DNA of 64,000 bases, taken from assembly GCA_044868145.1 (NCBI GenBank), contig JBIOWE010000004.1, forward strand, positions 73,395 through 137,394. Reading direction: 5' to 3'. Positions within the stretch are counted from its first letter, which is position 1; each line of letters begins with the position of its first letter. The position numbers and the translations under genes were made by a program. This stretch comes from Patescibacteria group bacterium. Its GTDB lineage: Bacteria; Patescibacteriota; Patescibacteriia; UBA10025; JBIOWE01. The notes under the pieces are model-generated. The model ran no database searches. It was not told where the DNA came from and saw only the letters and a list, made by a program, of their open reading frames with translations. Below, piece by piece: positions 59,821-64,000 of the stretch.

Positions 59821-61818
59821 ATGCTTATGGAACGATTCAAGTTGGTTTCAAAATTCAAACCGAAGGGCGACCAACCTGATGCCATCAAAAAACTCGTCGC
59901 CGGATTGAAGAAGGGCTATCGTGATCAAACGTTGCTCGGTGTCACCGGCTCGGGCAAGACGTTCACTATGGCCAACGTTATCGCCCAAGTCCAACGACCG
60001 ACGTTGGTGATTTCCCATAACAAAACGCTGGCAGCGCAACTGGCCAGCGAGTTTCAGGATTTTTTCCCGAGCAACGCGGTCAACTATTTCGTGTCGTACT
60101 ACGATTACTACCAGCCCGAGGCGTACGTTCCACGCACGGATACATACATAGAAAAAGAAACGGATATTAACGAGGAAATTGACCGCCTACGCCATGCTTC
60201 GACGCAGGCGCTACTCTCGCGTCGCGACACGCTCATTGTCGCGTCCGTTTCGTGCATTTATGGTTTGGGTTCGCCGGACGAATATAAAAAGGTGTCCATG
60301 AAGCTCACCACAAGACAAAGGATCACGCGCGAGGTGTTTCTCAAAAAACTCGTGGACATGCAATACAAACGTAATCAGTTTGACTTGTGGCGCGGCAGTT
60401 TCCGCGTTGTCGGCGAAGTAATCGAAGTGTTTCCGGCGTTCTCGGAAAATAATATCTATCGATTTCAGTTTGACGGCGATACGATTGAAAAAATCTCAGA
60501 AGTGGATTCGCTCACCGGCAAAGTTATCAATAATCTGACAACGGTTGACGTATACCCAGCAACACACTACATCGCCGAGCCATCGGACTTGGATGCGATT
60601 CTCGAGCAAATCCGCGCGGATTTGAAAGAGCGCGTAGCATTGTTCGAAAAGCAAGGTAAACCCTTAGAAGCGGAGCGAATCAAACAACGCACGAACTTTG
60701 ACCTTGAAATGATCAAAGAAACCGGTTATTGCAGCGGCATTGAAAACTATTCACGCTATTTCGATGGCCGGCAGCCGGGAACACCGCCGTACACGCTCAT
60801 GGACTTCTTTCCAAAAGATTACCTCTTGATTATTGATGAGTCGCACATGACGCTGCCGCAAATAAAAGGAATGTACCAGGGCGATCGATCAAGAAAAACC
60901 ACGCTCGTGGATTACGGATTTCGCCTGCCTGCCGCGCTTGATAATCGCCCGTTGAAATTCGAAGAGTTTGAACAGCGCGTGCGGCAAGTCGTGTACGCGT
61001 CAGCCACGCCGGACGAAGTTGAACGATACAAATCACAGCAAATCGTCGAGCAGCTCATTCGGCCGACCGGACTCTTGGACCCGACCATTGAAATAAAACT
61101 AACCAAGAATCAAATTGATGATTTGATTGGCGAAGTCCAGAAACGCATCAAGAAAAAACAGCGCGTGCTCGTGACCACGCTCACGAAGCGGATGGCCGAG
61201 GATTTATCCGACTACTTGGGCGACCTCGGGATTAAAGTGCACTATTTGCATTCCGAGCAGGACACGTTTGAACGGTTGGAAATCCTGCGTGACCTACGCA
61301 TGGGCGTGTTCGACGTCGTCGTAGGCATTAACCTGTTACGTGAGGGGCTCGACTTACCCGAAGTGTCACTTATTGCCATCTTAGATGCCGACAAGGAAGG
61401 CTACTTACGCTCAGAGACGGCGCTCATCCAAACCATGGGCCGAGCCGCGCGGCATCTCGACGGCCATATTATCATGTACGCGGACAGGGTCACCGGCTCA
61501 ATGCGCCGCGCCATCAATGAAACAAATCGGCGGCGAAAAACCCAGGAGCGCTACAATCAGGAGCACAACATTACACCGAAATCCATCGTGAAACAAATCA
61601 AGGAAAGCAGGCTCTCTGGCGCAAAAATAAAAGAGGAAAAGCCCGCGCAGCTTTCGTTGAAAGATATTCCGAAAGAAGAAGTGCCGCACGTACTCGAGGA
61701 CCTTGAAAACCAAATGGATCTCGCGGCTAAAAACCTTGAGTTTGAGCGCGCGGCTGAACTGAGAGACCAGGTTGCATCGCTGAAAGGCCTAACGATAAAA
61801 AAGAGACGGGGTGGTTAA
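59821..61818 (+). CDS. uvrB: Excinuclease ABC subunit B UvrB
   Basis: Walker [11 protein letters not shown], helicase motifs and the beta-hairpin region, plus the C-terminal UvrC-interaction domain [12 protein letters not shown]. Confidence 0.95.
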   Translation: MLMERFKLVSKFKPKGDQPDAIKKLVAGLKKGYRDQTLLGVTGSGKTFTMANVIAQVQRPTLVISHNKTLAAQLASEFQDFFPSNAVNYFVSYYDYYQPEAYVPRTDTYIEKETDINEEIDRLRHASTQALLSRRDTLIVASVSCIYGLGSPDEYKKVSMKLTTRQRITREVFLKKLVDMQYKRNQFDLWRGSFRVVGEVIEVFPAFSENNIYRFQFDGDTIEKISEVDSLTGKVINNLTTVDVYPATHYIAEPSDLDAILEQIRADLKERVALFEKQGKPLEAERIKQRTNFDLEMIKETGYCSGIENYSRYFDGRQPGTPPYTLMDFFPKDYLLIIDESHMTLPQIKGMYQGDRSRKTTLVDYGFRLPAALDNRPLKFEEFEQRVRQVVYASATPDEVERYKSQQIVEQLIRPTGLLDPTIEIKLTKNQIDDLIGEVQKRIKKKQRVLVTTLTKRMAEDLSDYLGDLGIKVHYLHSEQDTFERLEILRDLRMGVFDVVVGINLLREGLDLPEVSLIAILDADKEGYLRSETALIQTMGRAARHLDGHIIMYADRVTGSMRRAINETNRRRKTQERYNQEHNITPKSIVKQIKESRLSGAKIKEEKPAQLSLKDIPKEEVPHVLEDLENQMDLAAKNLEFERAAELRDQVASLKGLTIKKRRGG

Positions 61819-61893
61819 AAAACTCAGCGCAGGTCTCCCCGCCCGCTTCGCGTTGCGAAGCAAGGCGGACGGGCGTTCCTGCGATGGTTTTTT

Positions 61894-61934
61894 GGATAAA
61901 AAATCCCAAGACATTTTGCCTTGGGATTTATTTG
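61894..61934. terminator. Bidirectional terminator after uvrB; member of a duplicated hairpin family
   Basis: 8-bp stem atcccaag/cttgggat, flanked by an A run and a T run. A second complex hairpin at 61837..61876 lies just upstream. Confidence 0.65.
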
Positions 61935-61942
61935 TGGTGAGA

Positions 61943-62260
61943 TTAAACTTTCGAAACCTTGGTTCCGTCTGCCGAGAAATATGGTTGATTTCTGGCTACT
62001 GTTTTTAGAAAAGCTTCACGGTCTGCCAGAAGCAATGTTGCCAAAGCCCCTTCTTTCTTTTTCATTGTAAGGACTTGAAAGTGCAATTCCATCTTCATTT
62101 GCTGTAATTGTGTATTACCAAAATCATCAGGCGAAAGGTCAAATCCACATTTGCTACATTGGTAGGTATTGCCTACTGGGTCAAAACTGAGCTTACCAAA
62201 ACCGCAAAATATACAATCTGGACGAGAATCGCCCGCTCCTACTGATGCAGTCATTTTCAT
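61943..62260 (-). CDS. Zinc-ribbon domain protein (hypothetical)
   Basis: CIFCG...CSKCG CxxC pair. Ribosome-binding site AAGGAGG. Confidence 0.45.
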   Translation of the reverse strand: MKMTASVGAGDSRPDCIFCGFGKLSFDPVGNTYQCSKCGFDLSPDDFGNTQLQQMKMELHFQVLTMKKKEGALATLLLADREAFLKTVARNQPYFSADGTKVSKV

Positions 62261-62287
62261 CCTCCTTTCAAAGTTCTATTTGCGGTT

Positions 62288-62316
62288 ATCCTATACCCTG
62301 CGGGGGTGCGTGTCAA
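62288..62316 (-). promoter_or_regulatory. Sigma-70-like promoter TTGACA-N17-TAGGAT for the zinc-ribbon gene
   Basis: On the minus strand the hexamers have exactly 17-nt spacing. The -10 box is about 28 nt upstream of the ATG. Confidence 0.45.
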
Positions 62317-62499
62317 TATAAAGAGCCTCCAAGCGTTGTTGCACTGGAGGCTTCCTCTGTGTTTTCTAGGGTGACCCCTAGGTAAAGCCGCTATTGGACA
62401 TAACCAACCTCCACGGTTAAGTGGTTTGTATGGTTGCGAAATCCTTAGACAGCTCGTAAACTTTACTTATAGTATACGCCGATTTGAAGAAAAAATCAA

Positions 62500-62535
62500 G
62501 AGCAAAAAAACCCCAAGACAGTATTGCCTTGGGAT
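62500..62535 (-). terminator. Rho-independent terminator after the 62586..62987 gene; second member of the cccaag/cttggg hairpin family
   Basis: Stem cccaag/cttggg followed on the minus strand by TTTTTTTG. Near-identical to the hairpin at 61903..61927. Confidence 0.65.
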
Positions 62536-62585
62536 TAATACAATAGGTTTGTGTTGAATGGCGAGTGAGCCAATGACGGATCTGT

Positions 62586-62987
62586 TCACGCTTTCTTGTA
62601 TTCCTTCTCGGAAATAACCTCTATGAGACCAGGCGAATATCCGCCACGCTTCTTGCCGTTTTTGAAATGGATCAGCAACCCACCCATGCTCCAACCAACA
62701 ACACGGCCCACCTGCCCGTCTTTTACAAATCGAACTGGCAGGTTTTGATAAGTTTTCAGAGATGAGAAAGAACTGCGCTGTGCGAACGCCTTTGATTTAA
62801 CCGCCTCAATGAGCTCTTCCTTCGTTCGAAAATCTTCTGGGTTCAGACCATGCTCCTTCGCCTTCTTCGCGAGATTGACGGAAAAGGTAATTCCCCATAG
62901 TTCTGCGGCTGTCTCTTCGCCCGTCACTTGAATACCGAGCCTCTGGGCAAGTTCTATCTGCCTTTTGGTGGGTTTTCCTTGTTTCAT
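62586..62987 (-). CDS. Hypothetical protein (about 133 aa)
   Basis: Start placed at MKQGKPTKRQ, which has the GGAGGG ribosome-binding site. No recognised family. Confidence 0.4.
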   Translation of the reverse strand: MKQGKPTKRQIELAQRLGIQVTGEETAAELWGITFSVNLAKKAKEHGLNPEDFRTKEELIEAVKSKAFAQRSSFSSLKTYQNLPVRFVKDGQVGRVVGWSMGGLLIHFKNGKKRGGYSPGLIEVISEKEYKKA

Positions 62988-63098
62988 CTTCCCTCCTCTT
63001 GATATTTTGGAATGAACAATTTGAACAATCCAGCCTATCACGCGATGAACATGATGTCAAGAAAAAGCCGACTCATTGTTATTGAGCCGGCTTATTTT

Positions 63099-64000
63099 TT
63101 AAGAACGAGACACTAGCTTATGGTCAGGAATGTGAATCGGATATTTACCCGTAAAACAGGCGGAACAATATTTGTCTTTTTCCGGTAAACAATCGTGCAT
63201 CGCCTCAACCGTCAGATAGGCTAAGCTGTCAGCTTCAATAAAATCGCGGATTTCCTCGATGGTCTTACTGCTCGCAATGAGTTCCTCCCGCGTCGGCGTA
63301 TCAATACCCATGAAACATGGCGAGATAATTGGCGGAGATGCTACTCGGTAATGAATTTCTTTCGCTCCTGCTATTCGCAACATCCGAACGAGCTTTCGGG
63401 CGGTTGTTCCGCGGACGATTGAATCTTCAACAAGAATGATCCGCTTGCCCTTCACCACTGCTTGATCCGGGTTATGCTTGTATTTTGCTTCCACGTCTCG
63501 AATCTTCTGATCCGGCTGAATGAATTGGCGGAGCGCGTAGTGATGACGCGTGATTGCTCGGTCGAACCGAATGCCGCTTGCCTCAGAAAAACCAAGCGCA
63601 TGAATCGTGCTCGAGTCCGGAACATCGGCTACAATATCTGCATCAACCGGATGAAGCTCATATAATTTTGCGCCAAGCTTCCTCCGAACACTGGAAACAG
63701 ACGTACCGAATACAACGCTGTCGGGTCGAGCGAAGTAGATATATTCGAACTCGCAATGCGATGGCTTGTGCCTGGAACCATCTTTTTGGTAGGAAAAGCT
63801 GCGTTCACCTTGGGCATTAATCCGTATAATTTGGCCGGGAAACACGTCTCGTATATAGGAAGCGCCAAGTAGATCGAACGCGCACGTTTCCGACGCCAGC
63901 ACATATGCTTCGCCCAGGCGACCGAGCGCAAATGGCCGAAATCCGCGAGGATCGCGAAATGCCCAAAGTTCATTATTCGTGAGCACAAGGTAGGAGTAAG
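63099..64000 (-). CDS. purF: Amidophosphoribosyltransferase PurF, C-terminal phosphoribosyltransferase part; the N terminus lies beyond the window end
   Basis: PRPP-binding region RILLVEDSIVRGTT and the C-terminal 4Fe-4S cysteines (CFMGIDT, CSACFTGKYP). The frame stays open to base 64000 (…SYLVLTNNELW), so the gene is truncated by the window edge. Confidence 0.8.
   Translation of the reverse strand, partial: YSYLVLTNNELWAFRDPRGFRPFALGRLGEAYVLASETCAFDLLGASYIRDVFPGQIIRINAQGERSFSYQKDGSRHKPSHCEFEYIYFARPDSVVFGTSVSSVRRKLGAKLYELHPVDADIVADVPDSSTIHALGFSEASGIRFDRAITRHHYALRQFIQPDQKIRDVEAKYKHNPDQAVVKGKRIILVEDSIVRGTTARKLVRMLRIAGAKEIHYRVASPPIISPCFMGIDTPTREELIASSKTIEEIRDFIEADSLAYLTVEAMHDCLPEKDKYCSACFTGKYPIHIPDHKLVSRS

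Overview
This 64 kb window reads as dense core chromosome from a small-genome bacterium. About 57 protein genes fill most of both strands. Housekeeping genes dominate: rpoD-dnaG, groES-groEL with a CIRCE operator, rpoB-rpoC, rpsF-ssb-rpsR-efp, recA, ftsK, uvrA/uvrB/uvrC, ruvA, ppsA, metK, glyA, folD, ispG, trpS, rnj, ychF, secG and a partial purF. Four tRNA genes can be supported (Asn-GTT, Ser-GGA, Leu-CAG, Arg-CCG). No CRISPR array, rRNA, transposase or integrase gene was seen. Gene content and style look like a streamlined, CPR/Patescibacteria-like genome, though no taxon can be assigned from sequence alone. The supporting traits are a FemX-type peptidoglycan gene, a lone solute-binding protein, an Asn/Thr-rich surface protein with TSP3-like Ca-binding repeats, and rpoB not preceded by rplKAJL. 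Strong GGAGG ribosome-binding sites are often only about 4 nt from the start codon, and several starts are GTG/TTG. The non-coding DNA holds the less ordinary signals. An exact 16-mer (CCCACCACGAATCTAT in gene sense) with TTAATTA-containing flanks recurs upstream of groEL and metK, and in degenerate form upstream of yjbQ. Every tRNA is followed by relics of tRNA 3' ends. tRNA-Ser has a perfect 15-nt direct repeat of its 3' end 149 bp away, bracketing three GC hairpins. tRNA-Arg sits inside a perfect 21-bp inverted repeat and is followed by two degenerate T-arm plus acceptor copies. The ruvA/uvrB spacer carries a 113-nt nested inverted-repeat element, and a 24-nt direct repeat flanks a 48-aa TTG-start membrane ORF. 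Three families of near-identical duplicated terminator hairpins were found. There is an orphan csrA with no flagellar context. Unannotated small ORFs with good ribosome-binding sites lie next to uvrA and uvrB. No complete novel multi-gene system could be firmly supported; the repeat and relic architecture is the main candidate for follow-up.
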